From the IMG/VR virus record IMGVR_UViG_3300048578_000200, positions 1 through 39,553 of that record: DNA of 39,553 nt; one strand, written 5' to 3'. Numbering within the stretch: the first letter of the stretch is position 1; the number at the start of each line of letters is the position of its first letter. This stretch comes from a virus (Duplodnaviria; Caudoviricetes). This document shows, piece by piece, positions 9,572 to 18,127 of this stretch. Below the pieces are notes generated by a model, which did not search any database, was not told where the DNA came from, and worked only from the letters and a program-made list of their open reading frames with translations. A program made the position numbers and the translations under genes.

Positions 9572-9599
9572 ATATTAGCATAAGCGCCTCGGAATACAA
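9572..9599 (-). promoter_or_regulatory. Sigma70-like promoter for parB-DUF488 (divergent region)
   Basis: TTGTAT-16-TAATAT with extended TG on the minus strand. Confidence 0.6.
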
Positions 9600-9637
9600 C
9601 AATAATGAGCGCAATACTCGCGGAATAGGGTGCCAAT

Positions 9638-11023
9638 ATGCAGTTCCGAAATGTATTCGGCTCGATGCCGACCGATTTAATTCGGTCTATTCTTCGCATT
9701 GCCGAGCCTCAGAAGTGGCCGGAAGTCTTCGTTGTGTGCTCGGAGTCGTTTCGCCTGGAGCGGTGCCTTTTGGCGCTCCACCCTGGTGTGGCGGTGCACT
9801 CGAATGACGTCTCGCTGTTGTCGACGGCGGTCGCCAAGTATGCGCTCGGCGAGGAGCTGGACTTTCACTTCAAGGACGAGCTCTCGTTTCTTGAAGATGT
9901 GGGGCTTGCCGACTATGGCGAGCGCGTCGCGGCCGTGATCGTCGCGGCCACGATGGGCACCTATGCCTCCGGCCGTCCGAACCCGACCAAGGCTGCGCAC
10001 CTGGCTCACTACCGGCGCAATTTTTTGGAGTACGTGCGGGCGACGCGTGGCAAGCTCGACAGCGTGCGCGAGGAGCTGCCGATCGCGTCCTACTATGCGG
10101 GCGACTGGCTCGACCATATGGAGGAGGCGATTCGCCGCGGCGCCGGTGTGATCGGCTATCCGCCGACCGCCAAGAGCAACCCGGCCAACTCGTTTGCCTT
10201 CGTCCACGCCAATGTGGACTGGCAGGCGCCGCACTTCCGGATCTTCGATCCAAAGGACATTCCGCAGGTGCTCAACCGGCTTGATTCCGGCGGAGTGCCG
10301 TATCTGCTCTGCGCCGAGCGGGGAATCGACGGCCGGCAACCGGTCATTGAGTCCAACCCCAAGGGCAAGGCGACCATATATGGATATTCGAGCGGGACGC
10401 GCTCCGGCTATCTGGACGCATCGACCGGCTTCGAGCCGTTCGCCTACGAGCCTCTCGATCTGACGAGGCTTACAGAGAACTCGGTGTGCCGAATCATTCC
10501 GTCGAGCACGTACCGGCTCAACTTCCTGCGACATGTCTACCTGAAAAAGTCCATCGCATTCGCCCAGGGCGACGCGCACCTTCTCGTCTATCTCGACGAC
10601 ATGCTCGCCGGCGGCATCGTGTACCGCCTGGGTCGTGAGGCATTTTCGCCGGTGGAACTGCTTTCGGATTTCGCGACCACGCGACAAGGCCGTGTTGCCA
10701 AACTGATTGCGCGGCTGGCGACGACGCGCGCGGCGGTCTCCGTCATAGAGCGTCGATTCGTCGACCGTTACCAACGTCTGACGACGCAAGCGTTCTCCGA
10801 TCACCCGGTGGCGATGAAATACCGGGGATCATGGGAGGTGACTAAACGAGTCGAGGACGATCGCCAGGGGGCAAAGTACGTCCTGACTTACGAATCCGAG
10901 GTGAGGGATGAAGACCCACAAAGAACCTACGCACACTGGTGGAAGCGAGACGGCGCCCGGCAAGTGGCCGAAGCTCGAAACCGAAATCAGGAAGGTCGAT
11001 CCGCGGACGCTGGTGCGGCGTGA
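9638..11023 (+). CDS. Putative DNA-modification protein: degenerate adenine-MTase-like N-terminus plus Mom/GNAT-like C-terminus
   Basis: FGSMP, VVCSESFRLER, HSNDV and GYPPT, then LRHVYLKK, LLSDFA and AFSDHPVAMKYRG. Resembles the phage putative antirestriction adenine methyltransferase family found beside ParB-like genes. Confidence 0.6.
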   Translation: MQFRNVFGSMPTDLIRSILRIAEPQKWPEVFVVCSESFRLERCLLALHPGVAVHSNDVSLLSTAVAKYALGEELDFHFKDELSFLEDVGLADYGERVAAVIVAATMGTYASGRPNPTKAAHLAHYRRNFLEYVRATRGKLDSVREELPIASYYAGDWLDHMEEAIRRGAGVIGYPPTAKSNPANSFAFVHANVDWQAPHFRIFDPKDIPQVLNRLDSGGVPYLLCAERGIDGRQPVIESNPKGKATIYGYSSGTRSGYLDASTGFEPFAYEPLDLTRLTENSVCRIIPSSTYRLNFLRHVYLKKSIAFAQGDAHLLVYLDDMLAGGIVYRLGREAFSPVELLSDFATTRQGRVAKLIARLATTRAAVSVIERRFVDRYQRLTTQAFSDHPVAMKYRGSWEVTKRVEDDRQGAKYVLTYESEVRDEDPQRTYAHWWKRDGARQVAEARNRNQEGRSADAGAA

Positions 11024-11696
11024 GGTTAACGCCCGGTTCATGGAACCGGATCAGTTCGCGCGCCTCGTCGACAATTTCTCGACCGACGGGAAGATGACCG
11101 GCACGGTCACGACTTGCTGGCTCACAGACGGAAGCGACGGCAAGCTGGAAATTCTTTCCGGTCATCACCGCACAGAGGCAGCCATCGCAGCCGGCTTCAC
11201 GGAAATCGAGGTGGTCCATATCACGACGGTGCTTGACGAAGAGCGCAAGACGGCGATCCAGCTCTCGCACAACTCGATCTCCGGCACCGACAATCCTTCG
11301 ATCCTGGCCAAAATGTACGAGTCTCTCGACCTCGACGCCAAGAAGTTCTCCGGCCTGACCGACGACATTCTCAGCGACCTGGACAAAATCCAGGTGTCGG
11401 CGCTTGCAGCCGCGAACGTCAACTACGAGCAGCTCGCCATCATGTTCCTGCCCGAAGACCTGGAGGCCTTCGACAAGCGGGTCGAAGATTTTTCGGCGCG
11501 GAAGAACAAAGCGGCGGAGGTGTGGGCAGCTCGTCACGCGGATTTTGACCGGATCTTTGACGCGGTGGTGCGCGTGAAACACAAGCTCCAGATCGTCAAC
11601 TCTGCTCTGGCGTTGGTCACGATGGCGGAGCTGGCGCACGAGCGTCTGGATGAGATCGAGCACGAGGCCGAGTTGCCGCTTCAAGAGGCCGCCTGA
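10908..11696 (+). CDS. ParB/Srx N-terminal domain protein
   Basis: NARFM...LVDNF...LEILSGHHRTEAA...QLSHNSISG; overlaps the upstream gene. Confidence 0.8.
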   Translation: MKTHKEPTHTGGSETAPGKWPKLETEIRKVDPRTLVRREVNARFMEPDQFARLVDNFSTDGKMTGTVTTCWLTDGSDGKLEILSGHHRTEAAIAAGFTEIEVVHITTVLDEERKTAIQLSHNSISGTDNPSILAKMYESLDLDAKKFSGLTDDILSDLDKIQVSALAAANVNYEQLAIMFLPEDLEAFDKRVEDFSARKNKAAEVWAARHADFDRIFDAVVRVKHKLQIVNSALALVTMAELAHERLDEIEHEAELPLQEAA

Positions 11697-11731
11697 TCAG
11701 ACGGCCTCGCCGGATCGGGTGGGTAGGCCGT

Positions 11732-11956
11732 TCACTCGACTTCGCTGGAATGGATCGTGCAGCCGGGCAAGGTGCCCGGGTCCATCAGGATGATGACGGC
11801 ATCGAAGACCGCTCCATCCCGGACGAACTCACGCGCAGTCTCCATGGTTGGTGTCAGGCCTTCCTGGACGGCGCGCTCGCGCGCCGCCTGGACCAGAGCC
11901 TTTGGGTCGTCAATGTCAAAGTACGTGGTGAAGGTGAAGGGAATCACGCGGGGCAT
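11732..11956 (-). CDS. Hypothetical protein
   Basis: GGAGGG RBS; convergent with the ParB-like gene across a hairpin at 11701-11731. Confidence 0.6.
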   Translation of the reverse strand: MPRVIPFTFTTYFDIDDPKALVQAARERAVQEGLTPTMETAREFVRDGAVFDAVIILMDPGTLPGCTIHSSEVE

Positions 11957-12165
11957 GAATCCCTCCATTCGTGTTTGCGGCGGATGGCGTCACGGCGTTT
12001 GGCGCGACGCTGGCGGCCGCTATCGGACTTGTTGAATGGCTGCTTGTGTTTTGCCCAAAAGCGGTGATCGAGCATGATGCGGAACTGGTCGGCCCACGCT
12101 CTTTGCCAGAAGTGGCCGCGATTCCATCGGAGAGACCAATAGCATTTACACGCTGAGATGCTCAT
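11944..12165 (-). CDS. Small basic hypothetical protein
   Basis: GGAG RBS; fills the operon gap. Confidence 0.4.
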   Translation of the reverse strand: MSISACKCYWSLRWNRGHFWQRAWADQFRIMLDHRFWAKHKQPFNKSDSGRQRRAKRRDAIRRKHEWRDSCPA

Positions 12166-12176
12166 GGATTGCTCCA

Positions 12177-12569
12177 CTAGAAGGAGAAGTCGTAATATTT
12201 GTCGCGCTCGCCGATGCGCAGGCCGTAGCCCTCACAGGACGCCCATCGGCCGCTGTCGTTCTGGTGCACCTCCTGCCACATGCCGTTCTTGCCGCGTCGG
12301 AAGGTGGTCTTGCGGGCCTTCTGGTTCGGCGTGAACTCGTAGGTCTGGCTCTCGCTCAGACCATTCTTGTCGATGCGCTTGGCATCGTCTTCCTGGACGG
12401 TGATGTAGACGGTGTGCTTGGTGGCTCGCACCTCGACGATGGTCGCGGGATAGCGATCCGTCCACGCAAGCAGGGTCGCCCCCATGCCGATTTTCGGATC
12501 AGGTTGGCCGCGCACAGCGCGCGACATGACGTGATTGGTGACGCTGGCGGTCTCGGTGCCGAGTCTCAT
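12177..12569 (-). CDS. Hypothetical phage protein
   Basis: 14-mer at 12577-12590; GMGATLLAWTDRYPATIVEV. Confidence 0.75.
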   Translation of the reverse strand: MRLGTETASVTNHVMSRAVRGQPDPKIGMGATLLAWTDRYPATIVEVRATKHTVYITVQEDDAKRIDKNGLSESQTYEFTPNQKARKTTFRRGKNGMWQEVHQNDSGRWASCEGYGLRIGERDKYYDFSF

Positions 12570-12606
12570 GATGTAGCTCCGTGGTAGGGATGATCGGGGG
12601 AATAGG

Positions 12607-13356
12607 TTAGCCGGCGCCGATTGCGAGATATGATCCGCCGTGGTTGCCGACGGGTCGGCCGAAATTGGCGCGGTCGCCTGCGGCCATACCGCGTATGAAG
12701 GAGTCGGTGTCGGCGTTGACGTGGCGCGAGCGGCTCTTGCTCAGGTGGATGCCGAGCGCCTTCCAGGCGGTCTCGACCAGGGCATTCTTTTTGACGACCA
12801 GGGCGCGACCGTTGGAGCCGGTGGTGGTCTGGCGGGCGCGGGTCGCTTCGTCCATGCGCTGGCAGATGCGCGACACGCAGCCGAGAATGAATGATTTGCG
12901 GTGGCGCTCGCGCTCGAAGCCGTTGAGCGGCATGCCGAACATATCGGTCTTGCCGACCTTGGCCTTGCCCATCTCGGCGAGGAACTGAAGCGATTGCCGG
13001 CGGATGTACTTCTCCATGGTGTCGAGAAGCCACGTTGCGAAGATCGCGTCCGACTCGAGGCCCAGGAAGGTGATTCGGTCGTTGCGTTCGCCCCACGCCT
13101 TGCAGTCGCAGAACTTCGCGACCGAGCCGCACAGGCCCAGGCCGAACCGGATGCCGTCGGGGTCGTTCCGGTGAGTGCGTTCTTGGACGACCTTCTCGCC
13201 GCCGAAGGCAAGGTCGGTGTCGGTAATGTCGTGGGCGTCCATGATGTCGCGCGCCTTGTCGAGCGCGGTCATGGCTTCCGCTTCGGTGCAGCCGTTCTCG
13301 ACTGTCTTGGCGAGGAGCGCCTTGATGCGCTCCAAAATCTTCTGACGGGGTGTCAT
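12607..13356 (-). CDS. DUF2786 domain protein
   Basis: KILERIKALLAKTVENGCTEAEAMTALDKARDIM; 14-mer at 13364-13377. Confidence 0.8.
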   Translation of the reverse strand: MTPRQKILERIKALLAKTVENGCTEAEAMTALDKARDIMDAHDITDTDLAFGGEKVVQERTHRNDPDGIRFGLGLCGSVAKFCDCKAWGERNDRITFLGLESDAIFATWLLDTMEKYIRRQSLQFLAEMGKAKVGKTDMFGMPLNGFERERHRKSFILGCVSRICQRMDEATRARQTTTGSNGRALVVKKNALVETAWKALGIHLSKSRSRHVNADTDSFIRGMAAGDRANFGRPVGNHGGSYLAIGAG

Positions 13357-13390
13357 CGCAAAGCTCCGTGGTAGGGAAAAGCCTTAACGA

Positions 13391-13436
13391 TCAATATCTT
13401 AGCATAGCGGGCGAGAGTGTCAAGGTAAGTCATTGA
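13391..13436 (-). promoter_or_regulatory. Sigma70-like early promoter flanked by inverted 11-mers
   Basis: TTGACA-16-TAAGAT; TCAATATCTTA at 13391-13401 and TAAGTCATTGA at 13426-13436. Confidence 0.8.
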
Positions 13437-13455
13437 CGCTGCTCACCTATTTCAC

Positions 13456-14103
13456 TCAGATCAGCTTGTCTTCATCGTCGTCCTCCTTGTCCCAAACCGT
13501 TCCCTGATGATCCTTGTCGTCCGCAGGCACGATCACGGGTGTGATCCCCTGGAGCCGGAGGCGCTCCATCTCGGTTTCGTCCTTCGCCATCTCGTCGGTG
13601 ACGATCCGTTCGATGCGCGAGGGCTTGAAGATCCGGAAGATGGCCGGCGTCTTGATCGTGCCGCCGGTCAGGTCTTCGGCCGGCTCCTCGATGACGTGCG
13701 GGTGGGCAAGGAAGACCCAGTGCTCGCCGACCTTGAAGCCGCGAGGCACCGCGGCGATGCGCCGGCTGATGCCTTGGGCGTTGGACTCGGCCGCGAACTC
13801 TTCGACGGTCGGGTAAAACTCTTCGCCGATCCACAGCAGACCGACCTTCGCGCCAAGCCGCGCCGGGTTAGAGGCAGGGCACCATGAAGCCTGCAAGTCG
13901 GGGGCGGAGCACGGCTGGCCGATCCACGGCTGCGGGTCGATCCAGGTCCAGCCGCGCGCTTGCTTGATGCCGGCGCCGCAGCACGGGCAGATCTTGAGGG
14001 GGATCGGGAGCTTGCAGCAGGGCATCCACATGCCGGGATCGGCAACGATGTAGGTGCCACCGATTTTCCGGTATCCGCATTTGCGTTTGGCTTCGACAGC
14101 CAT
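13456..14103 (-). CDS. Cys-rich hypothetical protein
   Basis: 14-mer at 14111-14124; KRKCGYRKIGG, CPCCG. Confidence 0.75.
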   Translation of the reverse strand: MAVEAKRKCGYRKIGGTYIVADPGMWMPCCKLPIPLKICPCCGAGIKQARGWTWIDPQPWIGQPCSAPDLQASWCPASNPARLGAKVGLLWIGEEFYPTVEEFAAESNAQGISRRIAAVPRGFKVGEHWVFLAHPHVIEEPAEDLTGGTIKTPAIFRIFKPSRIERIVTDEMAKDETEMERLRLQGITPVIVPADDKDHQGTVWDKEDDDEDKLI

Positions 14104-14128
14104 TGTTTCTCTCCGTGGTAGGGAGGTT

Positions 14129-14617
14129 TTAACGAGCAGACTTTTCGAGGATGGCGGCGAGCGCCGTCTTGAGAACGGCAGACAGTTCGTCGTCGCTGAC
14201 GTTGCCAATCTCAATTGACCATTCGCGGGCGAGCCAGCGCACCCCGTCGAGAACGTGTTTTCGCGCTTCTGCCGCCCGTTCTTCTGCCGCGGCGTTGCGC
14301 TTCTGGCACTCGGCTTTGCGGGCGGCCGCGATCAGATTGCCGGCGATGCAGGCGTGACGCGCGGCCAACACCATGGTGGTATTCGCCCTGCAATTGATCG
14401 AGAGATTGCGGGCTCTGTAGTAGCCTTCGCTGTGCTGCGGCGTGCCGAGAGGCGGGTTCTTATAGACGACTTCGTCATTGGGAAGATAATCGACCGGGTC
14501 ATTTGACCAGTAGTGCCAGCGAGCGCCTTTGGCATTCCAGCCGACAGCAAAGTGCGGCGCGGGGTCTTTCGGGTCGCCCGAGAGGCTCACCTGGACGTCG
14601 GAAATCTTCGTCTTCAT
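14129..14617 (-). CDS. Hypothetical protein
   Basis: 14-mer at 14625-14638. Confidence 0.7.
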   Translation of the reverse strand: MKTKISDVQVSLSGDPKDPAPHFAVGWNAKGARWHYWSNDPVDYLPNDEVVYKNPPLGTPQHSEGYYRARNLSINCRANTTMVLAARHACIAGNLIAAARKAECQKRNAAAEERAAEARKHVLDGVRWLAREWSIEIGNVSDDELSAVLKTALAAILEKSAR

Positions 14618-14641
14618 CGATCGGCTCCGTGGTAGGGAGGT

Positions 14642-15184
14642 TCACTGCTGGTTCGTGTCGGCGCGGAAGACGCCGACATAGGCGCTGGCGCAACCGGAGA
14701 GGCCGGTGCCGGAGCCGGTGATCTTGGCGTAGGCCGGAAACCATCGGCTCTCTTCGTGCAGGCCGATCTGCTTTTGGACGCGGGATTTACCGGAGTAGCC
14801 GGCCACAGGAACCCAGCGGCGGCTGTGCTTGGCCTCGAGCTCGGCCGGCAGCTTCCACCGCTCCACGGTGGTCCAGTCCGCGAACTGGTTGGTGAAGGTG
14901 TAGATGCGATCGGCGACGACGTTGCCGTCGGCGTCGCACAGGACCGGGAACTGCGCATAGCCGCCGTCGCGCAACAGGTCGGCCTGATGCCGCTTGAGAT
15001 CCGCGGTGATTCCGTCGGCCCATTGGGACAGGAAGCCGTCGGTGTCGCAACGATCGAAGGAGTCCGCGGCGCTTTGAATGTTGCAGCGGGCGGAAGCTTC
15101 GAGCTCCTCGATTTCTGCGAGTTGGGCAGGCGTCGGCGCCGGATGCTCGCGCAGGCAACCCGAGAGGGTGCTGATGGTCGTCAT
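14642..15184 (-). CDS. Hypothetical phage protein
   Basis: 14-mer at 15191-15204; SFDRCDTDGFLSQWA. Confidence 0.75.
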   Translation of the reverse strand: MTTISTLSGCLREHPAPTPAQLAEIEELEASARCNIQSAADSFDRCDTDGFLSQWADGITADLKRHQADLLRDGGYAQFPVLCDADGNVVADRIYTFTNQFADWTTVERWKLPAELEAKHSRRWVPVAGYSGKSRVQKQIGLHEESRWFPAYAKITGSGTGLSGCASAYVGVFRADTNQQ

Positions 15185-15216
15185 TTAAGTCTCCGTGGTA
15201 GGGAGCGGCTTTAATA

Positions 15217-15251
15217 TCAGTAACTTAGCACTATATCGTGCGGTCATACAG
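15217..15251 (-). promoter_or_regulatory. Extended -10 early promoter
   Basis: TGcTAAGTTACTGA, the same box as in the other promoters; weak -35. Confidence 0.55.
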
Positions 15252-15289
15252 AGAAAAGTGAGGCATAATATTCCAAATTACGTGGAATA

Positions 15290-15517
15290 CTATGAAAGCT
15301 CATAGTAATCGCGGCACCTGCCGAGTTGGCGATTGACGCGACGCGCGAGAGACCGTGCTTTCAGCTTCGCCTTGTCGTGCGAACCTGGCACGTCTGGGTC
15401 GAAAGCGAACTTGGCGATGACATCGAAGGCGTCGAGCATGCAGCGCTCGACCTTGATGCCAGTCGACCGGCCGAATGCGTCTCGACCGAAAGGGCGGGCC
15501 TGATACTGGTTGATCAT
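15290..15517 (-). CDS. Hypothetical protein
   Basis: Strong RBS GAGGAGG before ATG 15517. Confidence 0.65.
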   Translation of the reverse strand: MINQYQARPFGRDAFGRSTGIKVERCMLDAFDVIAKFAFDPDVPGSHDKAKLKARSLARRVNRQLGRCRDYYELS

Positions 15518-15527
15518 GGTCACCTCC

Positions 15528-15629
15528 TCACCGTCCAAGAATCGCGCCCCAGAGCGCGAGCATGGAAATGAAAAGGGCAACAGCGATCAGGGCGAGCGGA
15601 TCGCTCGCCTCGCGGTTCCAGACAGCCAT
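15528..15629 (-). CDS. 33-aa single-TM peptide MAVWNREASDPLALIAVALFISMLALWGAILGR
   Basis: Below the ORF-track cutoff; ATG 7 nt after the exact 14-mer at 15637-15650. Confidence 0.65.
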   Translation of the reverse strand: MAVWNREASDPLALIAVALFISMLALWGAILGR

Positions 15630-15653
15630 GACGTGTCTCCGTGGTAGGGAGTC

Positions 15654-15709
15654 GGTGGGATCGTCCACCCCAGAGCGTCGGGCCTGCCGGCGCTCCGGTG
15701 CTGGACCAA
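15654..15709 (-). repeat. Conserved intergenic hairpin element, copy A
   Basis: Similar to 18074-18127 and 18476-18526; lies between a stop codon and the 14-mer. Confidence 0.75.
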
Positions 15710-15934
15710 TCAGGCGGCGTGGTCGAACGCCTCACGGGTGCGGCCGTGGTGAGCGGCAGCGGCCGCCTTTTCCTCCGCCTCGACTTGCCGGCGCAGCTCG
15801 GCCGTCGCCGGGTCCTCGGTCTTTGCCGGCCCTTTGAACAGGGGAGTCACTGTGGGCGGGTTCTTGAGCCAAGCGGCGGCGCGATCGGCCGCGGAGATTC
15901 GCAGGAAGTCGGGAATATCAGGGAAGTCAGGCAT
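15710..15934 (-). CDS. Hypothetical protein
   Basis: Motif variant at 15943-15956; begins MPDFPDIPDFLRI. Confidence 0.7.
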   Translation of the reverse strand: MPDFPDIPDFLRISAADRAAAWLKNPPTVTPLFKGPAKTEDPATAELRRQVEAEEKAAAAAHHGRTREAFDHAA

Positions 15935-15960
15935 GGATGAATCCTCGTGGTAGGGAGGGG

Positions 15961-16332
15961 TTACTTGGGAAAGGCGCAGCCCATGACTTTGGGCAGATCG
16001 TAGCGCTCGGCGCATTTGCGGGTGATCCACCAATGTGGGCCGACCTTGCGCAGCAAGTCGCTCTTGACCATTCCGTCGATGTAGGACTGGCGGACGAACT
16101 CGAGTCCGTCGCGAAGGTCCTCGACCACGCGCAGGCCGATCAGCCACGCGCGCACGTCGTCGTTGGTGACGCAATCGATGTGCGTGTTTCCGCTCCACAG
16201 GCGGATCTTGCGGCCCTCGTCATCGAACTCGAACTGGGGGCCGAGCATTTTGATGCGGGCCCACTGGAGGGCCAGGGCGTAACGGGGATCGCTGGCGGCG
16301 GCGGCGGCGCGTTCTGATTTGCGGATGTACAT
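15961..16332 (-). CDS. Hypothetical protein
   Basis: GGAGG RBS. Confidence 0.7.
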   Translation of the reverse strand: MYIRKSERAAAAASDPRYALALQWARIKMLGPQFEFDDEGRKIRLWSGNTHIDCVTNDDVRAWLIGLRVVEDLRDGLEFVRQSYIDGMVKSDLLRKVGPHWWITRKCAERYDLPKVMGCAFPK

Positions 16333-16344
16333 AGCTCGCCTCCC

Positions 16345-16548
16345 TCACGCGGCGAGCCGGGCGATCGGGCGCGCCCTCAAGAGGCGGCGCTTTTCGTCGA
16401 GCAGCGAATCCCACTCACCGTACAGCTTCTTGACGTAGGGGTGATCGAGCGCCTCGTCGCGGTAGAGCGCCAACGTCGTGGCGATGTCGCGCAGCGCGTA
16501 ATCGATCTGGTACAGCCGAATGGCCGGGGTGATTTTACTGGTGGTCAT
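16345..16548 (-). CDS. Hypothetical protein
   Basis: 14-mer at 16556-16569. Confidence 0.7.
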   Translation of the reverse strand: MTTSKITPAIRLYQIDYALRDIATTLALYRDEALDHPYVKKLYGEWDSLLDEKRRLLRARPIARLAA

Positions 16549-16580
16549 CTCTTAGCTCCGTGGTAGGGAGGAACAAGAGA

Positions 16581-16650
16581 TTAGTATCATAAGTACCTGA
16601 TATTGCACGAGAAAAGCGCGACATGATCTTGCGTCTTTCATGCCGCGCTT
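16581..16650 (-). promoter_or_regulatory. Terminator hairpin followed by a weak early promoter
   Basis: Hairpin AAGCGCGGCATGA/TCATGTCGCGCTT + TTC (16611-16650), then TATGATACTAA box at 16581-16591. Confidence 0.5.
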
Positions 16651-16657
16651 CGTGAGA

Positions 16658-17332
16658 TCAGGCGGCGAGCGCTTCTTCGATCACCTCGACCTTCTGGGCG
16701 TTGAGGAACACCTTGCGGCCGTCGCGATCGAGCTGGACGCCGCAGCGCATGCCGTCGCGCGGATCACCATAGACGGCGTGCAGGTCGCGACCGATCGACC
16801 GCTGCATCGGCGTGAGATAGCGGGAGCCGTATCGGTTGGCGAAGGTGTTGGCGCCGAACCAGAACACGGTGCCGGTCTCGCCGGCGTCGACCTTGGCCTT
16901 GCCGCGGACGGCGGCAGTGATGCGCACGCGCCGGCCCGTCGACGGTGTCATCGCCTCGCGCTTGCGGGCGTGCTCGCGGGCGTCGGCCTCCTGCTGGCGC
17001 AGATAGGCGTCGTAGGCGGCCTTGACATCCTCGGTGGCGTCGGGGTGCGAGCCGTAGCAGGGATAAGACCAGCCGCGCGTCGACGCGAAGCAGAACGACT
17101 CCGGGGCCTGCTTCTCCGGATTCCATACGGTCATGTAGAAGTCGCTGTCGTCGTACCCGTTGTGCTCGCGCTCGAACAGGCAAAGGCCGATGTGGCTCTC
17201 AAAGGTCCAGTAGGGGCAAGGGCCGATCGTTTGGGGATCGACATCGCCAGCGGCGACGTGGTCGTGGCCTTTGACGTTGGCGGCGTTCGCCGGCAAATCC
17301 GCTAGCCTGTTCGCCATGTGAACGATGGGCAT
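16658..17332 (-). CDS. Hypothetical phage protein
   Basis: 14-mer at 17339-17352; NGYDDSDFY...ASTRGW. Confidence 0.75.
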   Translation of the reverse strand: MPIVHMANRLADLPANAANVKGHDHVAAGDVDPQTIGPCPYWTFESHIGLCLFEREHNGYDDSDFYMTVWNPEKQAPESFCFASTRGWSYPCYGSHPDATEDVKAAYDAYLRQQEADAREHARKREAMTPSTGRRVRITAAVRGKAKVDAGETGTVFWFGANTFANRYGSRYLTPMQRSIGRDLHAVYGDPRDGMRCGVQLDRDGRKVFLNAQKVEVIEEALAA

Positions 17333-17365
17333 TTTCAGCTCCGTGGTAGGGAAAGCTCTGAAACA

Positions 17366-17413
17366 TCAATAACTTATCACAACTTCGCCGCATTTCAAGT
17401 GTTAAGTCCTTGA
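17366..17413 (-). promoter_or_regulatory. Sigma70-like early promoter flanked by inverted 11-mers
   Basis: TTGAAA-16-TAAGTT; TCAATAACTTA at 17366-17376 and TAAGTCCTTGA at 17403-17413. Confidence 0.75.
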
Positions 17414-17419
17414 ACGCGC

Positions 17420-17449
17420 AAAGAAAAAGCCCGCCGGAGAGGGCGGGCT
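17420..17449 (-). terminator. Intrinsic terminator
   Basis: AGCCCGCC-loop-GGCGGGCT followed by TTTTCTTT on the minus strand. Confidence 0.8.
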
Positions 17450-17473
17450 CAAGCAGAAAAGGACGGGAGGCTG

Positions 17474-17743
17474 TCAGTGCATTCTTATCAAGAAGCCGAG
17501 AATCGTCGTCACGGCCGTACAGCCGACGAGCAGCATTCCGCCGATTTGCAGTCTGGTCACCAAGCCTTGCCGATCGATCTTGGCGTCGAGCAGTTGCACG
17601 GCGGTGGACAGATCGGACTTGGTCACCAGCTCGGTCATGATGAACTCGCGCGCGGCTTCGGCGTGAGCCTCGGCCTGCTTTTGGGGGATGCCGGCATCCC
17701 GGAGGCGCTTAGCATAGCCCAACGTGTCGAAAGCGAAAGCCAT
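17474..17743 (-). CDS. DUF1640/CCDC90-like coiled-coil protein with C-terminal TM
   Basis: FDTLGYAKRLRDAGIPQKQAEA...LVTKSDL plus hydrophobic tail. Confidence 0.8.
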   Translation of the reverse strand: MAFAFDTLGYAKRLRDAGIPQKQAEAHAEAAREFIMTELVTKSDLSTAVQLLDAKIDRQGLVTRLQIGGMLLVGCTAVTTILGFLIRMH

Positions 17744-17755
17744 CTGCCCCTCCCT

Positions 17756-18052
17756 CTATGCGGCCGCGCGGGCGTGCCAGTCGTCGTTCATCCAGACGAC
17801 GCTGCCGCCCGTCTGCGCGTGGCACAGGGACATGGTGGTGGTGCCGAACTCTCGCGCCTCGATCCCGATGGTGCAGCCGCGATTGCGGCGGGCGATCGCC
17901 AAGGCGGCATCGCCGGCCTTCATCTCGACGGAAAAGGCCGTCTCGATCTCGGCGGTCTTGAACAGCCTGACCACCTCGGTGGCGTGCGGTCCGATGAACT
18001 TGGCAAGCCAAAGTCTGCGGCCGCGGCGCAGGACGATACGGTTCTCGGTCAT
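17756..18052 (-). CDS. Hypothetical protein
   Basis: Motif variant at 18059-18072. Confidence 0.6.
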   Translation of the reverse strand: MTENRIVLRRGRRLWLAKFIGPHATEVVRLFKTAEIETAFSVEMKAGDAALAIARRNRGCTIGIEAREFGTTTMSLCHAQTGGSVVWMNDDWHARAAA

Positions 18053-18073
18053 TCTCATCTCCGTGGTAGGGGC

Positions 18074-18127
18074 GGTGGATCGTCCACCTTGAGGCGCCGG
18101 GCCCGCCGGCGCCTGGGGGTAGACCAA
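18074..18127 (-). repeat. Conserved intergenic hairpin element, copy B
   Basis: GTCTACC..AGGCGCCGG CGGGC CCGGCGCCT..GGTGGAC GAT CCACC on the minus strand. Confidence 0.75.

Noticed and set aside
13426-13436. TAAGTCATTGA-like boxes as dif/Xer sites
   Set aside because: There is no 28-bp XerC-spacer-XerD layout, and overlap with promoter elements fits operators better.
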